From contig OX597816.1 in NCBI GenBank assembly GCA_951406725.2, positions 52,142,001-52,206,000 of the forward strand: a stretch of DNA of 64,000 bases, written 5' to 3'. Numbering within the stretch: position 1 is the stretch's first letter; each line of letters opens with the position of its first letter. Source of the stretch: Octopus vulgaris. Taxonomy: Eukaryota. This document shows positions 12,130 through 25,366 of the stretch, one piece after another. Below the pieces are notes generated by a model, which saw only the letters and a list, made by a program, of their open reading frames with translations, was not told where the DNA came from and ran no database searches. The position numbers and the translations under genes were made by a program.

Positions 12130-12880
12130 CAAAATGCTTAGCGATATTTCGTCCGTCTTTACGTTCTTAGTTCAAATACCACCGAGGTCGACTTTGCTTC
12201 TCGCCACATCGGCGTCGATAAATTAGAGTAGTAGTTGAGTACTTTTTATTTATTCATACGCCCTTTTCAAGCCTAGCCAGACTCATGGTGCCGGTTTACT
12301 GGTCTCTGTGGCGTATGTGTTCGCCCCAGCTGGACGGGACGCCAGTCCATCGCAGCGTTACACAAGAAACAGGAAGAAAGTGTGAGAGAAAGTTGAGTCG
12401 AAAGAGTACAACAGGGGTCGCCACCAGCCCCTGCCGGAGCCTCGTAGAGCTTTAGGTGTTTTTGCTCAATGAACACGCAATCCAAACTGCGATCCTCCGA
12501 CCGCGAATCCGCTTCCCTAACCACTGGGCCATTGCGCCTCCACAAAATGCGCCATTTTAAAGCCTAGCCAGGCTCATGGGCCCGGTTTTCCGGTTTCTAT
12601 GGTGTATGTGATCCCCAGCTTGACGGGACGCCAGTCCATCACAGCGTTACTTATTTTTGCAAGCTGTGTGGACTGGAACAACATGAAAGGAAGTGTTTTG
12701 CTCAAGAACACACCGCGTGCCCGGTCCAGGAAACGAAACCACAATCTTACGATCATGACGCTGACACCCTAAGACTAAGCCACGCGCCTCCACAGTAGTT
12801 GAGTACTGGAGCCGATGTAATTGACTTAACGCCTCCTCCTAGAAAATATGAGGCCTAGTGTGTATATTTGAAAGGATTAT
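12130..12880 (+). mobile_element. SINE family A copy interrupted by a minus-strand SINE dimer
   Basis: The core stops at 12243 and resumes at 12794, with AGTAGTTGAGTACT duplicated on both sides. Confidence 0.75.
12244..12793 (-). mobile_element. Two tandem tRNA-derived SINEs (family C) sharing a gctgcgatggactggcgtcccgtc tail
   Basis: Heads gtggaggcgcaatggcccagtggttaggg and gtggaggcgcgtggcttagtcttagggtg. Both tails end in ctggctaggctt.aaa. Confidence 0.85.
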
Positions 12881-13569
12881 TATCGTTATTGATTCAGTTG
12901 TTTTTGGTCTAATTCCATCTTTAACAAATTACGCATTAGAGCAAACCATTGCTACAGGAAAGTTCATTGACATTTCCTTAATTTGCAAGAGACTCAGCCC
13001 GCGAGCCCAGTTTCTTTGCTTCGAAGCATAGCAATCTGATAGACATACGTAGATTTAAATAGCTTTGCCCGAAGATATTCAGTAGTACTTACAATGAAAT
13101 ACAAGTTTTATCACCGCCAACCGCCCCGCTACACATGCGAATACCACAAAACTTAACAAAAGCAAACAGTAATAAAAATAACAACAACACCAGAACATTT
13201 AGCTGAGGGCAAAAATATTAAATGTCTCCTGACGAAATTAATAGCCATAATTTTATATACTTCAATGAATAAAGTCAGCTGACCAAACTGAAGTATATTT
13301 TGAAAGCTGAACATTGAAACGAGCAACTCTGTCCAAAATATATAACTTCTAACCAATTGTCTAATCGAATACTCCTTTACCATTTTCTATTTATTATGGA
13401 CGTCTCGAAGTTTTGTACTCACGGTTTTCTTTAAAACCATTGAAACAATTTTATTGTCTAGATTTGTCTATGAATAGCCCCCTTTAAACTAATTAGACTC
13501 ATTCTCGTTTTCTCTCTCTCTCTCTTTCTTTCTGTCTTTATCTTTTATTCACTCTTTTACTCTCTCCTG

Positions 13570-14164
<595 letters not shown>

Positions 14165-14165
<1 letters not shown>

Positions 14166-14320
14166 CATCATCATCATCGTTTAACGTCCACTTTCCATGC
14201 TAGCATGGGTTGGACGATTGAGACTGAGGACTGGCGAACCAGATGGCTGCACCAGACTCCAATATGATCTGGCAGAGTTTCTACAGCTTCATGCCCTTCC
14301 TAACACTAACCACTCCGAAT
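14165..14320 (-). mobile_element. RTE-type 3' tail fragment ending in (GAT)n
   Basis: Minus strand ends aacccatgctagcatggaaagtggacgttaaacgatgatgatg. Confidence 0.65.
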
Positions 14321-14324
14321 CCGA

Positions 14325-14381
<57 letters not shown>

Positions 14382-14529
14382 AATATATATGTATAATATA
14401 TACAAACATGTATATCTAAGGATATTATGCCTACTTACATTTGTGTGTGGACAGATAGATAGACAGACAGATAGATAGACAGACAGATAGATAGACAGAC
14501 AGATAGATAGACAGACAGATAGATAGATA

Positions 14530-14755
14530 TATTTCTTTACTACCCACAAGGGGCTAAACACAGAGGGGACAAACAAGGACAGACAAACGGATTATTTCGA
14601 TTACATCGACCCCACTGCGTAACTGGTACTTAATTTATCGACCCCGAAAGGATAAAAGGCAAAGTCGACCTCGGCGGAACTTGAACTCAGAACGTAACGG
14701 CAGACGAAGTACCGTTAAACATTTCGCCCAGCGTGCTAACGCTTCTGCCAGCTCA
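14530..14755 (-). mobile_element. SINE family A, near full length, Tx1-like tail
   Basis: Head, core and gccccttgtgggtagtaaagaaata tail are all present. Confidence 0.9.
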
Positions 14756-14998
14756 GATATATAGACACACAGACAGATAGACAGACAAACAGATAGACAG
14801 ACAGACAGATAGACATACAGACAGACAGACAGACAGACACATAGATAGATAGATCAGTATATATCTGTGCGTATGTGCAAGTATCAGCGACGACGCGAGA
14901 GTTTTGTTTATCGTTTTCTGTTTTTTTTTGTCATTATTTGTCCCACACAATAACCGCGAGCGTTGAAATCAAGTGATTACTAGTTTATATATTGCAGC

Positions 14999-15392
14999 GT
15001 AGAGGCGCAATGGCCCAGTGGTTAGGGCAGCGGACTCGCGGTCATAGGATCGCGGTTTCGATTCCCAGACCGGTCGTTGTGAGTGTTTATTGAGCGAAAA
15101 CACCTAAAAGCTCCACGAGGCTCCGGCAGGGGATGGTGGTGATCCCTGCTGTACTCTTCCACCACAACTTTCTCTCACTCTTACTTCCTGTTTCTGTTGT
15201 ACCTGTATTTCAAGGGGCCGGCCTTGTCACTTTCTGTGTCACGCTGAATATCCCCAAGAACTACGTTAAGGGTACACGTGTCTGTGGAGTGCTCAGCCAC
15301 TTACACGTTAATTTCACGAGCAGGCTGTTCCGTTGATTCGGATCAACCGGAACTCTCATCGTCGTAACCGACGGAGTGCTTCCATTGCTTCC
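14999..15392 (+). mobile_element. Full-length tRNA(Arg-like)-derived SINE (family C) with 12-bp TSD
   Basis: A box tggcccagtgg and B box ggtttcgattccc. ATATATTGCAGC occurs at 14987-14998 and 15393-15404. Confidence 0.9.
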
Positions 15393-17379
15393 ATATATTG
15401 CAGCTGTCATATCATTATACCAGTTCTATACCCTGGGTCAAATTGTCTAATGCTGTTCACCTTCAAAATACCTCTAGTCCGTTTAAGACTATATTTAGCA
15501 CACGTTCTATCACTCACTCTCCATTGAACATATCCGACCATTAAAAAAAAAAAATTAAGTACCTCTCTTTTGTACAGTTTGTTTGCTTGATCGGGTGATT
15601 GCTTTATGGATTGAGAGATTGATGGATTGATTGAATTATTGATTGACTGAGTGTCCATTCTGATATCTCCGAAACCACGAAAGCTAAAATTTTCAATTTT
15701 CACATAATTGATTATAAAGGAAAGATTTTAAAATTTAATAAATATTTTGTGAGTGACTTTGTCTATTTTTATTATTTTCTATTTATCCATTTATTTTTGA
15801 AATTTTGCTTTTGTACAACGTTATTTAGATATGACATGCAATTAAGCGCTCAGCACGGTATATGTTTCACGGAAACAGTTACGGAAAATCGAAACGCCAT
15901 AAAATGCATTTGTGCATCTATAAAGTGGAACACAATTTATATCAGATATTTTAGACTGCAAATGATATTTGTGAAATATAATTTTTTTACTCCAGTATGA
16001 TACGGTTTCGATCCTGAGGCAACCTCCCATATTTGTAACTAAAATTCAGAATTATATTTTATTCTCTTGCATAAACCGGTACCCGAATATACGTAAAGAT
16101 ATTCATATATTTCTTAAGAAACCGGTGTAACTGTAACTGTAAATTCTATGACTAAGTTTAAACTTTATGCACTAATAAGTTCCATTTTTACAATAATTAT
16201 TTTTTTATTCGTAGCATACGTCATTAATGTAACTTACATGTTGTAATCTGTAATTTTTAAGTATGAAATAATCGCTTTCAAATAGAATTTACAAGCATAC
16301 ACGACAGGTATACTTACATGATTAATAATTGCCGCTGGATGTATTGATGTATTTGCTATGCATACGACATTTCTTTGCCTCGTACAATGAAATACATATA
16401 CCAGAAGTATGATTTCTTGAAATTATTGCCTTTTGGTTTGTTTACTCAATTTTGTTTCGTTTATCGTTTCTGATTTTTTTAATACATTCGAATATAATGT
16501 AACCTGCCAATTTTTACTTTGATATTTAAACATTAAATCTCTTTCATACAACGGGAGAAAATATGGCAGTATACTTAGCAGTGAAATCTATATTCAAATG
16601 CTGATAAAATATATAGAGAAAATGTTAAATATTTGGATAATGTCATGTACAGTAATTCTCCTCGATTTACGTAAAGGTATAGAAATAAAATGGACAGTAA
16701 ATAAAATCTTGTTTATTGTGTTACTTTAGAGTACTATGATATAACTGTTGATAACCCTTAATACAAGAGCTCAACAGGAGGAAAGAAAACAGCGAAATTT
16801 GATTTCCCATCTGTGAATGAAACTAGCTAATAAAACACTTATTTTAGTTTTCTCGATGATCATGCTAATTTTAAAGAGGTGAATTAAGTAAGCATCACGT
16901 GAGTTAACCACGGATGATACTTTGTAATGACATACAGTACTTCAAAGTCAGTCTGTCTTAAATATTTATCTGTGTGTGACGCTCCTTCTTTTAAAGTAAA
17001 TATTATAATAGCCTAGAAATTAAATAGTCCTAAAATGACATTCACATCATAAAACTAAGTAGATTTCAGCATAAACGCTGACTTTTCTACTGATAAATCT
17101 CGAAATATTAGAAACATACCTATGTTGTGTTTGGTGCGTGCATGTGAAAAGAAATTTGACAGCTCATATTTTCTTTGCTCATTAATATCCGCGAATAACT
17201 ATCAGTTCAACTATAAATTAACAGAATAAAATATGAACAACATATAGAGGGCAGACTTGAAATGAACTGCTAGAATATATTTAGCATATATAATAAGGAG
17301 GCTACAGTAAAAGAATAATGGACAAGAGGCGGGGTTAATATCAAATTAACGAGAACTTGTTGGAAACTATTTCACAGCT

Positions 17380-18170
17380 AAAGCGGTGACTGTGAGTGAA
17401 GAGTCAAGCAGGATGCCCAATCTCAACAAGAAATGAGCCGTGGAGAAGCTATCCTCAAAAAGTGTAGGGAGGAGGTAGTTTACGCCTGCAATGCACCCGT
17501 CATCTACTACTACCTAACTATGGTGCTTTGCCCTGCTTCATAACTGACTAGATTAGAGCCCTTGCTCTTCCGCTTTCTGTGAAGGATACGGGTTCTGCTG
17601 ATTATACGGTCCAATTGCCATGAACATCAGGTGGGTGGAGGGTTAAGCATACTGTGGTAAATGATGTACGAAAATGCACCGAGGCTGAGACATCTCCAGC
17701 GATTCTTTGTCGATGAGTAAGCGTGTATGGTCACCAACTGTCTAATACACTTTTTCATAGCTCATCTTTGTGACAGAGCTGCAGTCTTGGATCAAGCATA
17801 AATCAAGGTGTTCTGGAGCAAACAATTGGAGTATTGTTTGGTGCTCAAAGCCCTTCGCCAATTGTCGGATGCTGTCATGGCATTCTATAGAAGATTAGCG
17901 GTGGACAATAGCGATATTCTCCTTCAGATGACTCTGGGCTTCAATGAGAATCAACCGATCGGTCTGTTCCGGGACTTCTCAGTCAGAGCCTATGAAAATA
18001 ATCCGACCTTGGCCTGGCAGCACTTCCTCAAGGTTTTGCCGGTTTAGGTTAAGCTCTACAGGATTGTTAGTGCCGTCAGCTGGGTGTGCACGCGTTGCAT
18101 GCCGAGCGACGAAATGACCCTGTACCACTTGTAAAATGTCTGAGTATTACTGACTTGAGGAATTATACCA
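17380..18170 (+). pseudogene. Decayed Tx1-clade ORF2 C-terminal fragment
   Basis: Translations EVVYACNAPVIYYYLTMVLCP and FYRRL..TLGFNENQPIGLFR..TLAWQHFLKVLPV..CTRC align with EVANVFIASVITYRLSVVPCP and FYRGL..TLGLDDNQLASLFR..SLAWQCYRGALPV..CPRC of the ORF at 60015-63404. Confidence 0.8.
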
Positions 18171-18667
18171 AAGTGTATAGGATGTGTCTAGCTATTGGTT
18201 GATTCAATGGATCATCATCTTCAATGTGATTTCCGTTTTACTTTTAGTACACTGTATAATTATTTAATCATTTATTTACTCATTTGTTTGTTTATTTCTC
18301 TTTACGCTTTCAATGAGTTCAATCTGTAACAAGCGTTCAGGCAAACTCTCCATTTTGAAGATAACCTCCTTCCACCGTCTCGCTCCTCTCGCTCTCTAAA
18401 TATTTATGTACATTGGCTTGTCACTTGCGATAAAATTGTAGTATTTGTTGCTTTTCTTGATACTGCCGCTACTCCTGTTGCTTCTTCTGTTGCAGCTGCT
18501 GCCGTCATCATCGTCATCGTTATCTTAGTTGCTGTTGTTGTTGTTGTTTAGACCCAAAGCTGCCCCGATCACCAAAGGGTTATAACTCTGATCATTACAT
18601 CATTTACTTTTAAACGTATTCTGTTCAACTAATCCGTCTTTTTTTTCAAAACGGTAGTTATTATGTA

Positions 18668-18832
18668 CAGGCGCAGTCAGTCGAAAACTCGACGTGCCAG
18701 ACCCCAATAGGTTTCGGGCTTAAGATTAAGGGTCATCAGGAAAAATGACCCCGAAATGGTACGCATTCTCTCTTGATGAACGCCGAATCTTACTACTCTC
18801 TGATATGCGAAGTTTTTGACTGACTGCACTTG
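18668..18832. mobile_element. Small MITE with about 22-bp TIRs
   Basis: CAGGCGCAGTCAGTCGAAAACT / AGTTTTTGACTGACTGCACTTG, preceded by TA. Confidence 0.65.
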
Positions 18833-19930
18833 CACTAACAAGCTGTTCCCAGGTCTCTAAGAGACATTTAGCTGCTATTACCACCAGATCAAGAGATTAT
18901 ATAGACACTCCATGGTTAGCTTGAATAACTAACATATGAAAATTGATTCACTCGATTAAATTAAATCTTATGAGGATAGATATAAATTGAATGACTTAAG
19001 TATGCCACGCCCACGCAGGTGAGTTGGCTTCGTATCAAAGCAAAAGGAATCAATATTCAAAGAATAAAGTAAATTATGATATAGACGTCTATGTCTGTTG
19101 AGCATATTACTAAACGTACTGTCCGGTGTGGTTTCGGCTTATTCACTTTCGTAGTTAAATCTCACAGGGGTTTGGGGTTTCGCCTTTCATCTATCTGCTA
19201 TGAATAAAATTAGCTGTGTTAATATGATGCGCTATCAATTAGTTTCAATAGTCACCGCAAATAAATGAAATTCGGCTTTGTACATAAATTAATATTTGGC
19301 CGCTATTCATTATTAAATCTGTCGCATCACCAATGATGATGCCTTTGGAATTTGCCTGAAATACATTAATAATAATAATAAGATACGTAAATTCTTTAAA
19401 TTTATCTATCCCTTACAGATTTGAAACAACGTTTGTCTTCTTGGTTTTAGTCTCATTTTAATGCTAAAGGCTAAAAAATATAGTTTGCAAGTGCAGTGTG
19501 CCAAGTTCAACAAGCCATCAATATCTGAATAATTATTCGAATAATACTATGTTCTCGGAAATAAAATTAAATGGATCTTCCGTAGATTTCGACGATGCGT
19601 ATTTAATCAGGGGTTCGATTAACTGAATGAACAACACTGTATTAATGTGTGAAGTGGTTGGATATCTCACACACCCGTGTACACTTCATGTAATTTTGAA
19701 AAGAATATGGCTGTGTGACAGATCTAGACCTTTGAATTAATTACAAGCACTATCCATCTGATGAGCTTCCAAACAGTTTCCGTTAACTCAATTTCACTCA
19801 CAAGGTATGGGTTGAGTCGAGGCCGTGATAAAGTCACAGGCTCGAGACGTCATGCCATCGAGTCGTTCGCAGCTTCTCGTAATTGCGAAGCGAACTTCTT
19901 AAGTATTCGACCATGACGCATCCACTTTAG

Positions 19931-20348
19931 ATGCGGCGAGCTGGCAGAAACGTTAGCACGCCGGGCGAAGTGCGTAGCCGTATTTCGTCTGCCGTTACGT
20001 TCTGAGTTCAAATTCCGCCGAGGTCGACTTTGCTTTTCATCATTTTGGGGTCGATAAATTAAGTACCAGTTATGCACTGGGGTCGATATAATCGACTTAA
20101 TCCGTTTCTCTGTCCTTGTTTGTCCTCTCTGTGTTTAGCCCCTTGTGGGTAGTAAAAAAATAGGTATTTCGTCCGCCGCTGCGCTCTGAGTTCAAATTCC
20201 GCCGAGGTCGACTTTGCCTTTCAACCTTTCGGGGTCGATTAAATAAGTAGCAGTTACGTACTGGGGTCGATATAATCGACTTAATCCGTTTGTCTGTCCT
20301 TGTTTGTTCCTTCTGTGTTTAGCCCCTTGTGGGTAGTAAATAAATAGA
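19931..20348 (+). mobile_element. SINE family A with a tandemly repeated head-less second unit
   Basis: A full copy runs to about 20162, then tatttcgtc...gtgggtagtaaa is repeated. Confidence 0.9.
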
Positions 20349-21143
20349 TATAAGCATTACAAACACCCACCATCTAGTCATGCTGCAATGCCAATATATG
20401 GAAGAAAATCGTAGAATAAGTGCAAATCCAATAGCTGTTGCTAGTGAGCCTTGACGGATGTGGATTCTTGATCCATTCTAATGACATTTCTATATTTACA
20501 TCTGTTGTAGCAGCTAAAAATCATACTGGGCCGAATAAATAAATCAATCTTCCCCCATGTATGGAATATCGTAGTTGTGCGTTTGCATTTATGTCAATGT
20601 GTATATCAGTGTATTTTTAAATGAATATGACCGTATCTATGTGTACTTATTCGTTTAAACTAATTCAAACATACGCGAGAACACCGCATTCCACCAGTCG
20701 CACGAACTATCAACAATTATGTATTCGCTCCTCCCTAATGCTAGGTTAATACTCAACACCAATATCCAAACAGGCTGCCATAATTTATAGTATCGAAATA
20801 ATTCTATCAAACAACACTCGACAATCGTCTCCACTTATTCTTGCTTATTTACATACTTTAATTCGTTTCTGTATAAATATCGATATTATACTGAATTGAT
20901 GTATAAGCATCATAAAGTATATGTATTTTATTTAAGAGCTCAATTACTAACATCGTTAACTTGTAATACATTATTGCAGTGCAATAAATGTTGATGGAAT
21001 AATGTTGGCTGTGTACACAGAATCGACTAAAAAGATAGTTACGAGTAACATATTGTGAATGTTAAAAAAAGCAGGAAAGCATACTTTTCACATGATTCGT
21101 TATTCAACAGTTTTCTAAGGGTATTTCAGTAGATAAAAAAAAC

Positions 21144-21585
21144 ATAGAGCAATTGTATACTGTCAACTTAACGTGACAGTCCTATAAAGGGAATCACACC
21201 ACCGCTATTTAGCCCTAGGAAACATCAACGCTTCATGTCGGCCTTGACACATTTCCTGTGTCCTTATGTTTACAAGGGAGAGACAAGCACCCCCATCCAG
21301 CTAAGCCTGCATCATGAGACTAGTTTCTGAGTCTTGCTCGTCATCAGTCTGGAGTAGCATGGCTTGCTAGCTGCAGATGCCTGTCTACACCTTGTAAACA
21401 TATATAATAATTCCAGTGAAATAAATCCACTGATAACAAAATATAGAAATATTATAATTCTAAATATCTCAGAGAGATATGAGCAGTAGTGGTACGATAG
21501 AGCAGTTGTATACTGTCAACTTAAAGTGACAGACCCATAAAGGGAATCACACCACCGCTATTTAGCCCTAGGATGCATCACGCTT
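21144..21585 (-). mobile_element. Non-coding element of about 1.25 tandem monomers (period about 353 bp) with a hammerhead motif
   Basis: 21144-21230 is repeated at 21497-21585. Same family as 24075-24377. Confidence 0.75.
21316..21352 (-). ncRNA. Minimal type-I hammerhead ribozyme motif
   Basis: CCAGA-CTGATGA-C-GAG-caaga-CTC-A-GAAA-CTAG-TC-TCATG. The core is intact and proximal stem I is imperfect. Confidence 0.65.
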
Positions 21586-22099
21586 TTATATAATTACGTA
21601 ATTGACATACAATAAAAAATTTTATGTAATAGGTCACCTATTTTCTCATGAGAAAAATTTGAGAAATTTATAGTTATTCATATTTCTATACATATATTTA
21701 ATTAAATGCTTGCCCATATGCTAAATCAATTAGAAAAATATCTTAACTGCTTTCGCTACAGTACACTAAAATGTTTTGTCCTGTCATCACTTTCTTTACT
21801 TTTCCAATTTGCTCTCTGCCTCAAACCTATTTGCAAAAAATCACCTGCGTACCATACGATCCATCACCATAAATCCACCATACAAAATCCAGACAACAAC
21901 CTGTTTAACCATGTATTTTATTACTACCAGTAGTCCTCATCAAGGTAAAAGTACTAAACTTTCTTTATCACCATCATCATTATCTAAATTCATTAGATAA
22001 AACCCTATTTCTGATGTATGTGTGTGTGTGTGTGTCAGGAATCTCACAAAATACTCCACAGCCTACAGAAACATGGGATGGAACTTGCAGTTATATAAA

Positions 22100-23352
22100 C
22101 AAGCGGGTACCCACAAGTAATCGGAAATGTACTTTATAGGACAAGTCCGAAGTAGCTCGGGCTTCCACTGCTAGTAGCGACTTGATGCGATCCTCAGGTA
22201 TCAGTAGCCAACTGGTATCGTCGATTAAAGTCGTACTACTACGTCACGTGGTAAGTCTTTTTTCTGCAGTGCCTCTCTCCTGTTCGTCGGTTCTCGCGAT
22301 GGCTCTAACAGAGAAACAGCGTGCTTCCGTGAAATTCTGTTTTCTGCTGGGAAAACGGCGGCCAGAACAGGTTTTATGCTTCAAATAGCTTACATAAACT
22401 CTGCCATAAGCAAAACACAAGTTCAGGAGTAGTTTTCACGCTTTAAGAATGGTCACTTGTCGCTTGAAGACCAACCTCGCACAGAGTGATCGTCGACCAG
22501 CCGAACGATGAAAACGTCACGAAAATTCATGCACTGATCTTGGAAGACCGTCGCCGAAGAATTGACGAACTTGCTGATATGACCAGTGTGTCCTGAAGCT
22601 CCTGTCAACGAATTTTGAGCGATGAAAATAGATGAATTTCGAATGAAAAGAGTTGCAGCAAAATCTTGCTCACAGAAGAACAGAAGATCAAAAGCAGTCA
22701 TGATTGAATGCGTGGTCTTGAACTGAAAGAAAAACTGGAAGTTGATTCAGACCTTTTTTCGAAGATCATCACTGGTGACGAATACTGGTGTTACAGCTCC
22801 AAAAGCGAGTCAAATGAAGTCCAGTGTCAAGACGATGCTGATTTGCTTCATTGATGCGAAAGGAATTGTCCACACATAATTTTTCCCTCCTGGTCAAACT
22901 GTTAACATTTTGTTTGGCTGTTCTGAAGCGTTTGCGAGACGCTGTGAGACGAAAACCTGTGGCAGAGTGGAGGAAACCTGTGGCAATGATAATAAAGCCT
23001 GTGGCAAAGTGTAGAATGGTGGTTTCATCACGACAATGCTCCTACGCACACCACCTTGAGCATGAGACAGTTATTGACCTAAAATGCGATGACACCCCGC
23101 TTACCCACTCTCTCTGTTCATCCGATCTTGTGCCATGCGAGGTTTTCTTTTTCTATTGTTTCTCCGAATGAAAAAAGAAAACGTTTTTCAGATGTGGAAG
23201 AGGTGGCGTTGAAAGGCATAATTTTGCAAGAGCTCCAAAATTGCTTCGAATAGTAGAAAAAGCGTCTGGACAAATGGAGATTAATTTGAAGGCGATTAAA
23301 GAGTAAAACTAACTGAATTGCAAAATTTCGGTTTCTTTTGGGTACCCCTTCA
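22100..23352 (+). mobile_element. Decayed mariner transposon (transposase pseudogene about 22299-23299)
   Basis: TIRs gggtacccacaagtaatcggaa / ttcggtttcttttgggtaccc. Translated motifs QRASVKFCF, IITGDEYWC, HHDNAP.H and S.DL.P. Confidence 0.88.
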
Positions 23353-23386
23353 TATATATATATATATATATAATATATGAAGGATC

Positions 23387-23710
23387 GTGGTTAAGCCCCC
23401 CCAAAAAATGCGAAATAAATGCAAGGTAAATCACAAGAAAACCAATACGTGGATTAAAGTAGACTTACCATGTATTCAATATTTTGGGGCTAGGTCCCCA
23501 TTTTCAAGAATGTTACCGATGTACGTGTGTGTGAGCGTGTGTGGAGTGGACATGCGCGGAAGGGTGTTGCTATAGCAACCAGCTAGCTTCCTGCAACTTT
23601 CCTCTGTTGTCATAACCCCGAAATATTGAATACAAGGTAAGTCTACAGTAATTTACATATTTGTTTCCTTGTGATTTACCTTGCATTTATTTCGCATTAT
23701 TTATCCACGA
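23387..23710. repeat. Diverged fold-back element next to (TA)n
   Basis: 23408-23490 is the imperfect reverse complement of 23615-23698. Confidence 0.75.
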
Positions 23711-23765
23711 CAGTTAATGCAATATATTCAACACAATGCTTCACAGTAATTATTTTATATATATA

Positions 23766-24062
23766 TCACCGTCACCGTCACCGACCAGGCTATCAGATGT
23801 TGCTACACATCGCTGGTCACAATGCGCTTCGCATTGTTATAGCCTTAAAATGACGCCCCCCCCCCCGCTGGCTAAGCGGGCAGGCCAACAGCAGAAAGAG
23901 TGAGAGAAAGTTGTGGCGAAAGAGTACAGCAGGGATCGCCACCACCCCCTGCCGGAGCCTCGTGGAGCTTTAGGTGTTTTCGCTCAATAAACACTCACAA
24001 CGCCCGGTCTGGGAATCGAAACCGCGAGTCCGCTGCCCTAACCACTGGGTCATTGCGCCTCC
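23766..24062 (-). mobile_element. tRNA-derived SINE (family C head) with an alternative tail ending in (GGTGAC)n
   Basis: Head and centre match the copy at 14999. The tail is unrelated. Confidence 0.85.
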
Positions 24063-24074
24063 CCATATATATAT

Positions 24075-24377
24075 ATTAGAAATATTGAATTTCTAAATGT
24101 CTCAAAGAGACATGAGCGGTGGTTGAGCGATAGAGTGGTTGTATACTTTCAACATAACGTGACAGTCCCGTAAGGGAATTATATCACTGCTGTTTAGCCC
24201 TAGGAAGCATCGACGCTTCCTGTCGGATTTAACACATTTCCTGTGTCCTTATATTTGCGAAGGGGAGGCGAAATGTGTCAAAGCCGACAGGAAGTGTCGA
24301 TGCTTCCTAGGGCTAAACTGCGGTGGTGTAATTCCCTTACGGGACTGTCACGTCATGTTGACAGTATACAACCACTA
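24075..24377. mobile_element. Fold-back copy of the 21144-21585 family (arms 24134-24240 / 24270-24376)
   Basis: Inverted arms of about 107 bp with (TA)n flanks. The copy is truncated before the hammerhead. Confidence 0.85.
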
Positions 24378-24984
24378 TATATATATATATATAAGTTCGC
24401 ATATATGTTTAAATGTATACTGTATGTGACACACAGATATGTTGTTAACGTATCTAACTTCAGACAAAATGATAACGCAGGTGACATTTGCGGACGTTCA
24501 GATTCACAATTTTACTATCAAAGAGTGAACTCGTGTCGTTTCTCTTTGGGCAGCAAATGTATATTCGTTACATTGACTTCTCTTTTTCCCCAGTTGATAA
24601 CCAGAAGCAAAACACTCTATCTAATACATCTCACTAGCGGAGAACTGATAAATTTTGACGAGTCAAAACTTTTTGGAACGTCCTGCTAGCAGTCCGCCTG
24701 CAAACAAGCAGATAGGCTGATGCAGCCGTATGTAATTACTTTACCTTACAAATGTAATTTAGTGATAGCTTTCAGTTAAGATGTCAGTGATGGTGACAAG
24801 TGAAGAATGAGAACTTTCTGATTGCCAATATTCTTAGATCCTTCATAAATTGAGTAAAAATTATTGGTTATTATGCAAAATTAATACCCTTGATTTGTCT
24901 CATCAATCGGGTTTTATAGCTCAACAGTTTTGTGCAAAGAAAAATAGGTGTAAAGCATATATCTTAATCGTTTCAATTATTTGG

Positions 24985-25159
24985 CTGATGCTATGCCAGA
25001 CCATCGCCTTGGAGAGTTTTAGTCGAACATATCGACCCTGGGACTTATGTCTAAAGGATGGTACTTATTCTATCAGTTCTTTAACGAAACCGATAGGTTA
25101 CGGGGACGTAAGCACACAAACAAGCGATGATGTTGGTTGACAAGCGATGATGGGGCTCG

Positions 25160-25197
<38 letters not shown>

Positions 25198-25322
25198 ACA
25201 TAATACGACGCGGACTCCTTTCAGTTTCTGTCTACCATATCCACTCACAAGACTTTGGTCGGCTCAAGGCTATGGAAGAAGACGCTTGCCCAGGATTCCA
25301 CTCAATGGAACTGTGATTGGGA
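24985..25322 (-). mobile_element. SINE family B, decayed
   Basis: Reverse complement of the 40251-40645 family. Confidence 0.75.
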
Positions 25323-25366
25323 AACAAGAGAGGGAGAAAATATAGAGATATTATAAAGAGATAATA

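Noticed and set aside
14999-15075. tRNA-Arg gene (and similar heads near 12480-12545, 24000-24062 and 29220-29293)
   Set aside because: These are SINE heads continuous with repeat bodies and, for 14999, a TSD; no complete acceptor stem was seen.
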